Shown piece by piece: positions 39,438-51,400 of a stretch of 64,000 bases of DNA. Position 1 is the first letter of the stretch, and each line of letters starts with the position of its first letter. The notes under the pieces were generated by a model, which saw nothing but the letters and a program-made list of their open reading frames with translations, was not told the DNA's origin and did no database searches. The stretch is from Octopus sinensis (Eukaryota), in assembly GCF_006345805.1 (NCBI RefSeq), contig NC_043007.1, positions 26,102,001 to 26,166,000 on the forward strand, in the 5' to 3' direction. A program made the position numbers and the translations under genes.

Positions 39438-42400
39438 ATATATATATGACGGGCTTTTTTCAGTTTCCGTCTACCAAATCCACTTAAAAGGCTTTGGTCG
39501 GGCGAGACTATAGTAGAAGATGCCCAAGGTACCACGCAGTGGAACTGAACCTGGAGCCATCTGGTTTGGTAAGCAAGCTACTTACCACACAGCTACTCCT
39601 ATTAATTTTAACATTTCTAATGTCTGAATAGAACTCTATAGCTACAAAAAATATGTAAGTGCAAATCTTGTCTATGTATATGTGTTCCATGCTGGCAAGA
39701 GTTGGACAGATTGACAGCATCCAATGAGCCCAAGGACTGCATTGTGTTCCAGGGTCTACTTTGACTTGGTTTTTATGGCTTGATGCTCTTCCTAATGCCA
39801 ACCACTTTACAGTGTATACTGGATGCTTCTTTTGTGCCACCAGCACTAGTAAGGTTGCCTTGTAACTTTCAAGGCTATGAAACTCCAAGAGGTAGACTTA
39901 TGCTATGAATTGAGAAGTTAAAGTATAAGAGAAGGGTCCTGAGCAGTTCAAGTTTCCTCCTGTGAAGGAGCTGTGAGGTTTCTCAACCAGAACTGCTGAA
40001 TTTTTGAGGACTTGATCTCAGACAATATTTAGTGTTTGCCAGATCATCATCATCATCATCATCGTTTAACGTCCGCTTTCCATGCTAGCATGGGTTGGAC
40101 GATTCAACTGGGGTCTGGGAAGCCCGAAGGCTGCACCAGGCCCAGTCAGATCTGGCAGTGTTTCTACAGCTGGATGCCCTTCCTAACGCCAGCCACTCCG
40201 AGAGTGTAGTGGGTGCTTTTTACGTGCCACTGACACAGGTGCCAGACGAGGCTGGCGAACGGCCCCGCTCGGATGGTGTTTTTTATGTGCCACTGGCATG
40301 GAGGCCAGGCGAGGCTGGCAACGGCCACGATCGGATGGTGCTTTTTACATGCCGCTGGCAACGGCCACGATTGGATGGTGTTTGTTACATGCCACCGGCA
40401 CGGAGGCCAGGTGATATTAATAAATATTCATTGTCATCTCATGTAACTATCATCCTCTTTACGTTTTCTTTTTCAGACAAAATGCGACGTACTGCATTGA
40501 TTCATGCAGTGATGAATGGTAATACTCATGTGGTATCGTACCTTCTCTCTCTGGGTTCTGACCCTAACCACACTGACTCATCTGGCAACTCTGTCGTACA
40601 CTATGCTGCTGCTTATGGATGGGTTTTCTGTTTAAAACTGCTTGTTGATTCTGGTGGTGCTAATCCAAATTTACCCAATGACTGGAAGGTTAGTATTTTG
40701 AATCTTAACAATAATTTAAATCCTTTTGTGACAATATTTCTTATACAGCCTATGTATTTTGTTCCATTTTGAAATTTATCAAAAGTTTAAACCCCTTAGC
40801 GTTCAGATTATTTGCTTAAATGTACTGTGTATTTGTTCACATTATTTTGAATTAATCATGAATTGAGTTGTAGCTTTGAGATCTTGATGATGTGACTTCA
40901 TTTTTAGCATGTCCATTATAAGGTAGAAGCGTGAGGCCAGATCTGACCAGTTTGAACATAAAACAGGCAAAATAGTTTGGCCAGATATGATTAGATTAAA
41001 TACTAAAGGGTTAATATACTAACTTATTTGTTGCTAAGTTAGTGTTTGGAACACAACTCATTCAAATGTTTTTACTTATCGTGCCGGTGGCACGTAAAAA
41101 GCACCAACCCGATTGTGGCCTTTACCACCCTCGCCTGGCACCTGTGCCGGTGGCATGTAAAAAGCACCAACCCAATTGTGGCCTTTACCACCCTCGCCTG
41201 GCACCTGTGCCAGTGGCATGTAAAAAGCACCCACTACACTCACGGAGTGGTTGGCATTAGGAAGGGCATCCAGCTGTAGAAACACTGCCAGATCAGACTG
41301 GAGCCTGGTACAGCCTTCTGGATTCCCAGTCCCCGGTTGAACCGTCCAACTCATTCTAGCATGGAAAACGGACGTTAAACAATGATGATGATGATGATGA
41401 TGATGATGATTAACCCTTTTTGACACCAGCATGCCTGAAGCCACCACTAATTGTGTGAAACAAACTTCCTGTTTTGAAGTGGTTTAAATTAAAATCTATC
41501 ATTAAAATTCCATGTTAATTTATGTTCCAAACACCAGCTTAATGATGACAGAATTATTTTACTAAATTCTTCTTAGTTTTCACAATTACTTGAAACAAAC
41601 GACGTGTACACCAAAAGAAATATGGTATCAAAAGAGTAAAGTTACAATGGAACGTTCACATAAAATATGAACGCATTAACCCTTTCATTACTGTATTTAT
41701 TTTGAAATGCTCTGTGTTTCTTTCAATTAATTTAAATATAACAAAGAATTTAGTAAAATAACATCGTTATCATTAAGCTAATGTTAGGAACATAAATTGT
41801 GACTAAGATTTGGTGGAAGATTTGAATTCAAAACTTATGAAAACAAAACATTTATACTAATGAGCCAGAGTCGGTTTCAGCCGGGTTGGTAACGAAAGGG
41901 TTAAAGCGGAAGTTTGTGTATCATAGAACCAGAGACAATGCCTGGGAGTTTGATAGCAAAGGGGATAGGCATTTATTATCAATCTGTTTCAGAGAACATT
42001 TAGATAACCTAAACCTGATAGCATCTAGTTTGATATGCTGTGGTTTTTGAGTTCAAATCTTGCGAGGATCATGCTTTACATCTGAATAGGGTTTGATAAA
42101 TTAACATCAGTCAATGGACTATGATCTTGTTACTGGGGGGTTGTACAGTCACCTTCGTCTACCGTTACGTTCTGAGTTCAAATTCCGCCGAGGTCGACTT
42201 TGCCTTTCATCCTTTCGGGGTCGATAAATTAAGTACCAGTTATGCACTGGGGATTGATGTAATCGACTTAATCCGTTTCTCTGTCCTTGATTGTCCCCTC
42301 TGTATTTAGCCCCTTGTGGGTAGTAAAGAAATATATATTATTAAGTATTATCTTATTTTTCTCTAAGTGTTAATTAGGTGTTAGGGCAATATGCATGCTT

Positions 42401-45400
42401 TTTGTAGACCCTTCAACACTGATTAGATCAATAGGGTTGATGTTCAGTTTGAATATCTGCAAGGAAAGCATGAGTAGGTAGGGAATTCCAGAATGATGAC
42501 ACAGTTGGGGTAAGAAGGGTTGGTAAGAGATTTGTACAAAGACTGGAAAAGAAATGACATAGTAAAAATGATAAGAGGATGAGAAAAAGGTATGTCATTT
42601 GCACCTGAGCAGAGGTGATATGTAACTGGTTAGTTCAGAGGGGATGTACAATTGGTTATTCTGAATTTAGTCCAGAAACTAACTATTCCAATTTAATTTT
42701 TTGCAGGTGACACCCGTTTGTATTGCATTTTTGAAAGGCCACTATGGTTTGGTTGACTATCTTTTAAGTCAGCCTGGTTCAGACATCAACTTCAAAGATG
42801 AACGAGGTGAGTTTCTGTTAATTTGAGTGTGCCTGACAGGTGAGGCAAAGAATCTGCTAAATATTGTTTTGATGTTGTCATTGATGTTGTTTAACTCTTT
42901 AGCATTCAGATTACTCTATGAAATGTAATGCTTATTTATTCACGTTGTTTTGAATTAATCATGTGTTTGTAACCGTGTAGCTTTGGGATTTTGAAGATGT
43001 GATTGTTTATTTCTACAACAACATTATAGGGTAGGTGTGAGAGGCTGAATCTGGCCAGTTTTGAATGTATAACAGGTAAACTATTTGGGCTAGATATGAT
43101 TGGTTTGAATGCTGAAGGGTTAAAGACAAGTCGACCCTAATTGAGCTGTGTTAATCTGTAATCCGGATTAACATTATCTAATGTGTTCATTTGTAAAGAT
43201 AGCAGGGTTTGAATTGAAAGAAGTTTGGTTGCTGCTTCTAGTAGGCTAAGTGACCACGAAGGAGCTTCCTTGTGTGGGTAAAATTCTTTTGATGGTTAAT
43301 ATCTCTCTCTTACAAAATTATATATTAATATACATAATTAACTATAAATCGAAATCAAATTCGATGACAGCACCGCATGATTGGCATCCATGCTTGTGAA
43401 GCATTAAGAGCACCATCCGAGTGTGATTGTTCCCAGGGCAGCTGACTGGCTCCCATGCCAGTGACACGTAAAAAAGCACCATTTGAGTGTGATCGTTACT
43501 AGCATCACCTTACTGGCACGTAAAAAACAACATTCCAGTGAGGTCGTTGCCAGTGCCGCTGGATTGGCTCCTGTGCAGGTGGCACATAAGAAACACCATT
43601 TGAGTGTAGCCATTGCTAGTACTGCCTGACTGGCCCATGTGCCGGTGGCATGTAAAAGCACCCACTACACTCTCGGAGTGGTTGGCATTAGGAAGGGCAT
43701 GCAGCTGTAGAAACTCTGCCAAATTAGATTGGAGCCTGGTGTAGCCATCTCCATCTGGCTTATGAATTCCAGTCAAACCGTCCAACCCATGCCAGCATGG
43801 AAAGAGGACGTTAAATGATGATGATGATGATGAATTAACTATAAATATATATAAACTTCAGTGAAAGGAGTCTGATGGCTGAGTGAGAAGATTAACTGGA
43901 TTAACCAAAATTATTGCTAGAAATATTTCAGCAATAAAGCCAAAGCCATAGTCTTCAGCAATACAACAGCATTAAGTATAAATAACAGTTTATATAGTAT
44001 ACTGTCTTTATATTTTTGGCATAAAAGATCTAGCATAATTTTTGTTTAGGTATTGGTTTCTTTTGATTAGTTACAACATTATTTTTCTGTTAGGGATGTA
44101 CTACAGCCAGTCAGGTAAATTTGGGGTATATCATTTATTACTTGTTGGAAACTATTATTATTAATATTTTTCATTTGCTGAAGACTGGGCCTTTATATTA
44201 GTTTGCATCATATTGTTGATGATAGCATATGTTACTTTACCTGTAGTGATTTTTCCTAAATAAATTTTCAGAATTGTTGTTTAACCACTTAACTATAACT
44301 GAGCAGACCTATGACCAAAGGCATTCCAACCATGACCATTCCAGCTTTTTAAGGTTATCTAAGACTACACTATCCAATGTGACTTTTATTTATTAAGAGA
44401 GTAAAGTGCAACTTAGGTTTGTCATGACCCTTAGGACTTACAAACCCAGAGATTAACCTGGTTTCCTTGGCATATAAGGGACTGAAATTGCAACACTCCC
44501 CACTGAATGGGATTCTGGCCTGTTACAGGGTTAACTTCGCTACCATTACTGTAGTTCATTTCCAGCTGAGTGGACTGGAACTGTGAAATAGTGTCTTGTT
44601 CAAGAACACAATGTACTGCCAAGTCCAGGAATCAAAACCATAATCTTATGATTGTTAGTGGAAATCCTTAACCACTAGACTACATGCCTTCACACAGTAT
44701 GGTTTGATTTGAGAAAAATTTGACTGCTATTTCTAGCTCATCGAGCCACTAAATAGAGGCTCCTTTGATAGTGTTTTTACCTTGTAGAGTAAGGAAAAAA
44801 AACAAAAAAAGTATGTTTGTTTTTACTTTTATTGATGTGTGAAAGGTGTTAGTAATTTGTTATTTAATGTTGAAGTACTATGTATATTTTATTTTCCAGG
44901 GAGAACATTAGTGAGCTTAGCAGCAGAAAGCAAACTTGTTCCAGAAATTATTAAAGAAATGAAGTACTTGGTCGAAAAGAAAGCTGACTGTAGCTTAGCG
45001 GATTTGGAAGGTTATAATCCGGTATGTTCATAGGATCTTTATATTTGCTATTATAATAAAGTGGTGTTATTGTATGAGGCTGAGACATGACAAACACCAG
45101 TTAAGTCAAATAAGCAAATACAATCACTTATCAACAGATGCTTGCGTAGTATACTTAAAATTAGATGGCCCGAACACATAAGCAATATGGAGCTATGGCA
45201 AAGAACAAGTCAAGTTTCGATTAGGGAGCTTCGATTAGGGAGTTTCGATTTAAGAAAAAGTGGAAGTGGATTGGTAGCACAATTAGAAAAGACACACCAA
45301 ATGTAGCGGAAAGTGCTTTACAGTGGAATCCAGATGGATATAGAAAGAGAGGTAGGCCTAAGAACTCGTGGCGTAGATCAACACAAAAGAAACTAGAGAA

Positions 45401-48400
45401 AGAGGGACATTCATGGCGGAGTATAAGTACAGAAGCAAAAAAATTATGCGACATGGAATTCAATTATAAGTGGCCTATACTCCGCGTTGGAGGGTTAAAG
45501 GCATAAAAAAAAAATGTATACTTATGGCGAGTCAGCATTGCTTGATATAAAATAAAATTTCTTCACTGATTGTCTTGAGGCCAGTGGGCGAATTGAAGTG
45601 GCATCTTATACAGTGGTTACAGTGGATATTTATCTCTCATTATTTGCTTAATGCCTTTGGAATTAGAGTTGTTACCATATTTACCTTTTAACTTGTCTTT
45701 GGACCTACTGGAAATGTGTAAAATTTGCAATTTTCTCCATGCTTTTTATGTATGTGCCCAAAAAAAAAAAAAATTAATTTGCTTTAAAGATCTTTATTTC
45801 TTCTATCTTATTTTAGCTTCATCATCTTGCAATTAACAGCAGCGCCAGATCAGGACAGGTAAATAAACTCATTTGCTCTTTTGCATTTTTTTTTTTGTTT
45901 TTGTTTTGTTTAAGAAAGTACTTTTATCCTTTTAACAGTTTTTTGTATCACTGCTATCATTCCCTATAATCCTCAGCAGACACATCCAATAAAAATTTAC
46001 AAAAAAAAAGAGAAAAAAAACTTGCCATCTTTATCCAGTCGGTTTACTTGACTGAATATTGAATCCTAGTTTGCTATCTTAGAAAGTATTGAACTTAAGA
46101 ATCTTTAACCCTTTAGCATTCAGATTATTCTGCCAAATGTAATGATTTATTCTCATTCTTTTGAATTAATCAGGTATTATCTCAATGATGTGACTGTTTA
46201 GTTTTAAAATGACATTGTAGGGTAGGTGTGAGAGGCCAGATTTGGTAAATTGAAACATAAAATAAGTAGAAATATTTACGATAGGATATGGCCATATTAA
46301 ATGCTAAAGGGTTAAGATTTAATCAAGAATTGCTGTACAAAATTTTAAAATATCCCAGAAGCCACCACATGGCACAGCCAAAGAGCTGAACCCTGTAAGA
46401 GAATATTGTTATTCATATAACTGTTATCCATATCCTTTTAAAATATTAAATTTCCTCATAAACATATTTTCTCGATGAACAAAAATGAATTAAAAATTCT
46501 TCCTGTCTTTTCTCCAGGATGCTAAAGAATGCATGGCCGTTAGTGTTGAAGTTGCTGAGTATCTCATCGACAACAACTGTGATCCAGCAGCACGCTCAGT
46601 TGACGGCATTACACCTCTCATGCTTGCTATAGAAAAGGTATGTATTGTTACTCCATGACAGTTGAGTCTGAGTTTAAAAGATTGAATCTTTTCCTTTTGA
46701 ACGGCACTTTGTAACATAATTTCTAGGTAACTAAAAAAATTTTAACATCGTATACTGGTAGAATGTGTTTATAAAAGATCATTTTCTCTTGGCTTTATTG
46801 AGAAAATAGCTTGTAAGATATTTTGTCTGAAATTTCGAGCATTTCGGCAATTTTAACCAATCAATTACCTCCATTGACCAACCTCCATTAGGGTTAGGGG
46901 TGGGGGAAGGGTATCTTTTTTCTTCACAAATGTAAATAAACCCAATCTGTTTCTTAAAGGAGGGACATATTCATACAGCACAGAATGTTATTTATGTCAA
47001 TGGAGGTAATTGATTGGTTAAAATTGCCAAAATGCGAGAAATTTTAGACGAAATATGTTACAACCTATAGAATTGTCTCAATAAAGCCAAGAGAAAATGA
47101 TGTTTTATAAACACATTCTACCAACATACGAAGTTTAAAACTTTTTAGTTACCTAGAAATTATGTTACAAAGTGCCGTTCAAAAGGAAAAGATCCAAAAG
47201 ATTTACCCAGTCTAGTTGTATGTCTTCGTTGTTCTCAGTTAAAATTTCACTGTAATTAATTTTGCCTTTATATCCTTCTGGGAATTGACAATATGATGAT
47301 GATCATGGGACAATATAATTTTTTACAACAACACCAAATAAAGTTGGTGCCGGAGCAAAAACTGTACAGGATTGGCGTAAATGTTCTGCAGTTGTAAATT
47401 TCCTTGTTCTGTATTTTAAGTTTTAATCCTACTCGGAGTCAGCTTTGACTTTATATCTTCCACAGGCGAAGTGGCTGATGCCTGTGGTAAGTGAAAAGCT
47501 CTTTTCAAGTGTTGGGCCTCATGGAAGCTATGACGAATGACTGAGATCTTTGGCCACTATGTTGTGCTTGAGAAGAAGACCCATCAAGCCAAGTAAAATT
47601 GCAGTCGTAGCAGATGCTGGTGTCATGCAAATGGCACCCCACACTGGTGGCATGTAAAAGTATCCATTGCACTCAGAGTGGTTGGTGTTAGGAAGGGCAT
47701 CCAGCCATAGAAACCATGTCAAATCAGACTGGAACCTGGTGCAGCTTTCCAGTTTGTCAGCCCTGGTCAAACCGTCCAATTCATGCCAGCATGGACATTG
47801 GATGTTAAATGATGATGATGATGATGATGGTGATTTGATCCAATAAGTTCTGAACTCAATTAAGTTGACTACTTACTCCTTCTCTATAAACTTACAGCTT
47901 TGTTTGACAAAACCTAGGAATTGTCACTGGTAAACTAAATGGCAGGTTCTGTCTTGTTTAGGTTTTAGAAATATTTTATGAGCTTCAACTGTGACAGGTG
48001 TCAAGTCAGATTATCAAAAGATTTCTTATGTAGTTCTTATTGTTCAGACTCAGTTCAGATCTGATCATACAGACATCTGTCCAAAAGCATTTCAACTGAA
48101 ATTATTCCATCCTTTTATGGGCACACCAGACTGGACCCTAGACCATATTTATTATTCATGGTCTTGATCTTTTAGATGCATGGTTTGATTTTTTAGGTAG
48201 ATTTGGCTTAATATTTCTAGTAGATCAAGTGGCTATGTAGAGGTTCCCCTCACTGGCTCATTTCTTACATAGTAGTTACAGAATGTTGCATTCAGAGAAC
48301 ACTATTGTGAGATGTCAAAACATAGAGACCCAAATACACAAAAACAGACATGCATGTGTGTGGCAGACCTCTTTCAGTTTCTGTTTACCAAATCCATTCA

Positions 48401-51400
48401 GAAGGCTTTAGTCTGCCTGTGGCTTTAGGAGAAGATACCTGCCCACAATTCTGCACAATGAGACCTGACCCAAAACCATGTAGTTGAGAAGCAAATTTCT
48501 TAATCTTACAGCCATACCTCACTTGCACTCTCAAGGAGTTTCCTGTTACATTTACAAGGATCTTTTCGGTTTGACCGGCAGTTTTTTTCTGGCGGTGTCA
48601 TATGAAATTGTTGCCCATAATTATGACCCTAGTATCGATCTATTGCATTTCAATCTGTTTTAGGGTTAGGGTTAATTAGGGTTAGTTAGGGTTAGGGGTG
48701 GGGGGAAGGGTATCTTTTTTTCTTCAGAAATGCAAATAAACCCAATCTGTTTCTTAAACGAGGGACATATTCATACGGCACAGAATGTTTTCACCTCAAT
48801 AGACGTCATTGGTTGGTTGAAATTGCAGAAATTGAAGAAAAAAAAAAACAACAAATATCTTACAAACTATAGAATTTTCTCAATAAAGCCAAGAGAAAAA
48901 GATGTTTTATAAACACATTCTACCAGTATACGAAGTTTTAAAATGTTTAGTTGCTCTTTTACTTGTTTCAGTCATTTGACTGCGGCCATGCTGGAGCACC
49001 GCCTTTAATCGAGCAACTCGAACCTGGGACTTATTCTTTTGTAAGCCCAGTACTTATTCTATCGGCCTCTTTTGCCGAACCGCTAAGTAATGGGGACATA
49101 AACACACCAGCATCGGTTGTCAAGCAATGCTAGGGGGACAGACACACAAACACACACATGCATATATATATATATTATATATATATATATATATACACAC
49201 ATATATACGACGGGCTTCTTTCAGTTTCCGTCTACCAAATCCACTCACAAGGCTTTGGTCGGCTCGAGGCTATAGTAGAAGACATTTGCCCAAGGTGCCA
49301 CGCAGTGGGACTGAACCCGGAACCATGTGGTTGGTAAACAAGCTACTTGCCACACAGCCACTCCTGCCCCTATGTTACGTAGAAATTATTTTAAAAAACT
49401 GCCAGTCAAACTGAAAAGATCCCATTTACAATGCTTGAAAAGTTTTTAAATGATCAACTTGTTAGTAGAGATCTTATCTCATAGTTCTACATTTGTTACA
49501 CCGTTGCTGCATGTGTTATATTAGTATCCATAAACAATGAAGCACAAACGAGCTGAGATAATAAAATAGATATCAGAGGAATTAGCTGTGGTGTTCAATT
49601 CAGCTGTTTCATAAAGTAGAGAACAATAAAATTGTGTAGTAGACCATACCAGGGTTGTTGCAATAGAATGAAATTATATTCAAGGTGGTGCTTCTATGTA
49701 GCAGCATTCCAATGCTGAAGGCAATAAAAGATTATGTGTGTTTGGGAATGGTCATTTTTATTGATTACTTTTTTTTTTTTTTTTTTTTTTTTTCATTCTC
49801 AGAACAACATTCTCCTGGCAAAGAAATTACTTCAAAAGAAAGGCAAAATCACTTTAGACAAAAATAAGTTTGGTAAGAATATTCTACACATGATGGCAGA
49901 ATTGTGCAGTCAATCTGATATGATATCACTGCTGAAAGAGGTTATTGAGCTGGTAAGTTTTGAAACCTCAGTAGTTTTTTTTTATTTTTTATATATATAT
50001 ATATTTTTTTTATCCTCCTGCTTCATTTACATCTTCTCATTGCTAAGTCTTAACCCTCCTACTGTGGAAATCAACATATATCCACTCAAAATGTAGAAAG
50101 CAGTTTTATAATACCAATCTAACTTTTGTTGAGGAATGTCATGTTTGAAATTCTGTTTTGCTGAGACATTTCAAGTCTATAGAAGCCATGTCACTTGCAG
50201 AAAATACCATTTCTATTTTTTGATTGATATTTAACCCTTTAGTGTTCGTATTATTCTGCCAAAATTAATGCTTTTACATCCACATTGTTTTGAATTAATC
50301 ATGCATTATCTTGTAGCTATGAAAGTTTGATGAGGTAGCTGTTAATTTTTAAGATGATATTGTAGGGTTGGTGTGAGAGCCCAGATCTGGCCAGTTTGAA
50401 TATAAAACAGGCAGAATACTTTTGGCCGGATATAGCTGGTTTAAATGCTAAAGGGTTAACATCATTGCTGGAATAACCAAATAACCATGAAACTTAATTT
50501 TGCAGCTAAAGGATTAAATACTGTAAAAGGCATGCATGCGCACATACACACGAGTATTGTCCAAATCTCCAACCAATCACATACAGATAGCTGGCATTCA
50601 ATTGGCGTATCAAGTTTCGGGCATTTTGATTGGGTTTTGGATAGAAAATTCACCAAAAATCACTTCTATTGATTTTTTTAATGGCTTTGCGGGGTGACTC
50701 GGGAAATGTAAAGATGTGCACAACCACCCTTGGATAGGTTTTAAATGACCATAGAAAGTGCGAGCCCTCTAACTGAAAAATTGTGTATTTGTATAGAGGA
50801 CACACACACAGACATTTTGCCGTTTATATATATAGAGAGATAAGAATATTGCATAAACAATCCAAATGCTTCTAGGTTTGTGATAAACTAGTAAATACTT
50901 TCTTAAATAGTTTGCTGGGTTTCATATAATTGTTTGCAGTTTAAATGCCGACTATGTATTTAGTGAGATATTTGGTTTTTGGTTTCAGTTATTAAAACAT
51001 TTTGGATAATATTGTGTCAAAAGTTTTCCTCTCAAAAAATATAATGAATTAGGAGTGTATAGCTGTTTGTTGGTAGACTCGTCACAGAATCAGACCAAAT
51101 ACATTCTGGCATTTTGTTATAGCTTTTATTTAGAGCAACTAGCTGGTGGAATTGTTAGCATGCTGCACAAAAATGCTTGGCATCAGTCGTCTGTCTTTTA
51201 CATTCTGAGTTCAAATTCCACCGAGGTCGACTCTGCTTTTCATCCTTTCAGAGTCAATGAAATAAAGTACTAGTTAGGTGCTAGGGTTGGTGTAATAAAC
51301 TTATCACCCTCAGGTGAACTTGGTTTTCTGCCAAAATATAAAACCAATATAATGAACTAGGAGTGAAAAACACTTCAGACACAACCCTTCATATCTGGAG

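Noticed and set aside
40095-40772. 225-aa ORF as a single-exon gene
   Set aside because: The first ~125 codons are translated family-B repeat and intron, and the end is intron read-through. Only 40477-40688 is exon 15.
41081-41230. CRISPR-like repeat-spacer array
   Set aside because: The context is a eukaryotic intron, the spacers are copies of each other, there are no cas genes, and it is a retroposon-internal minisatellite.
48660-48709. Relic chromosome-end fusion (true interstitial telomere)
   Set aside because: It is short, degenerate, single-orientation and enclosed by transposon TIRs and a TSD.
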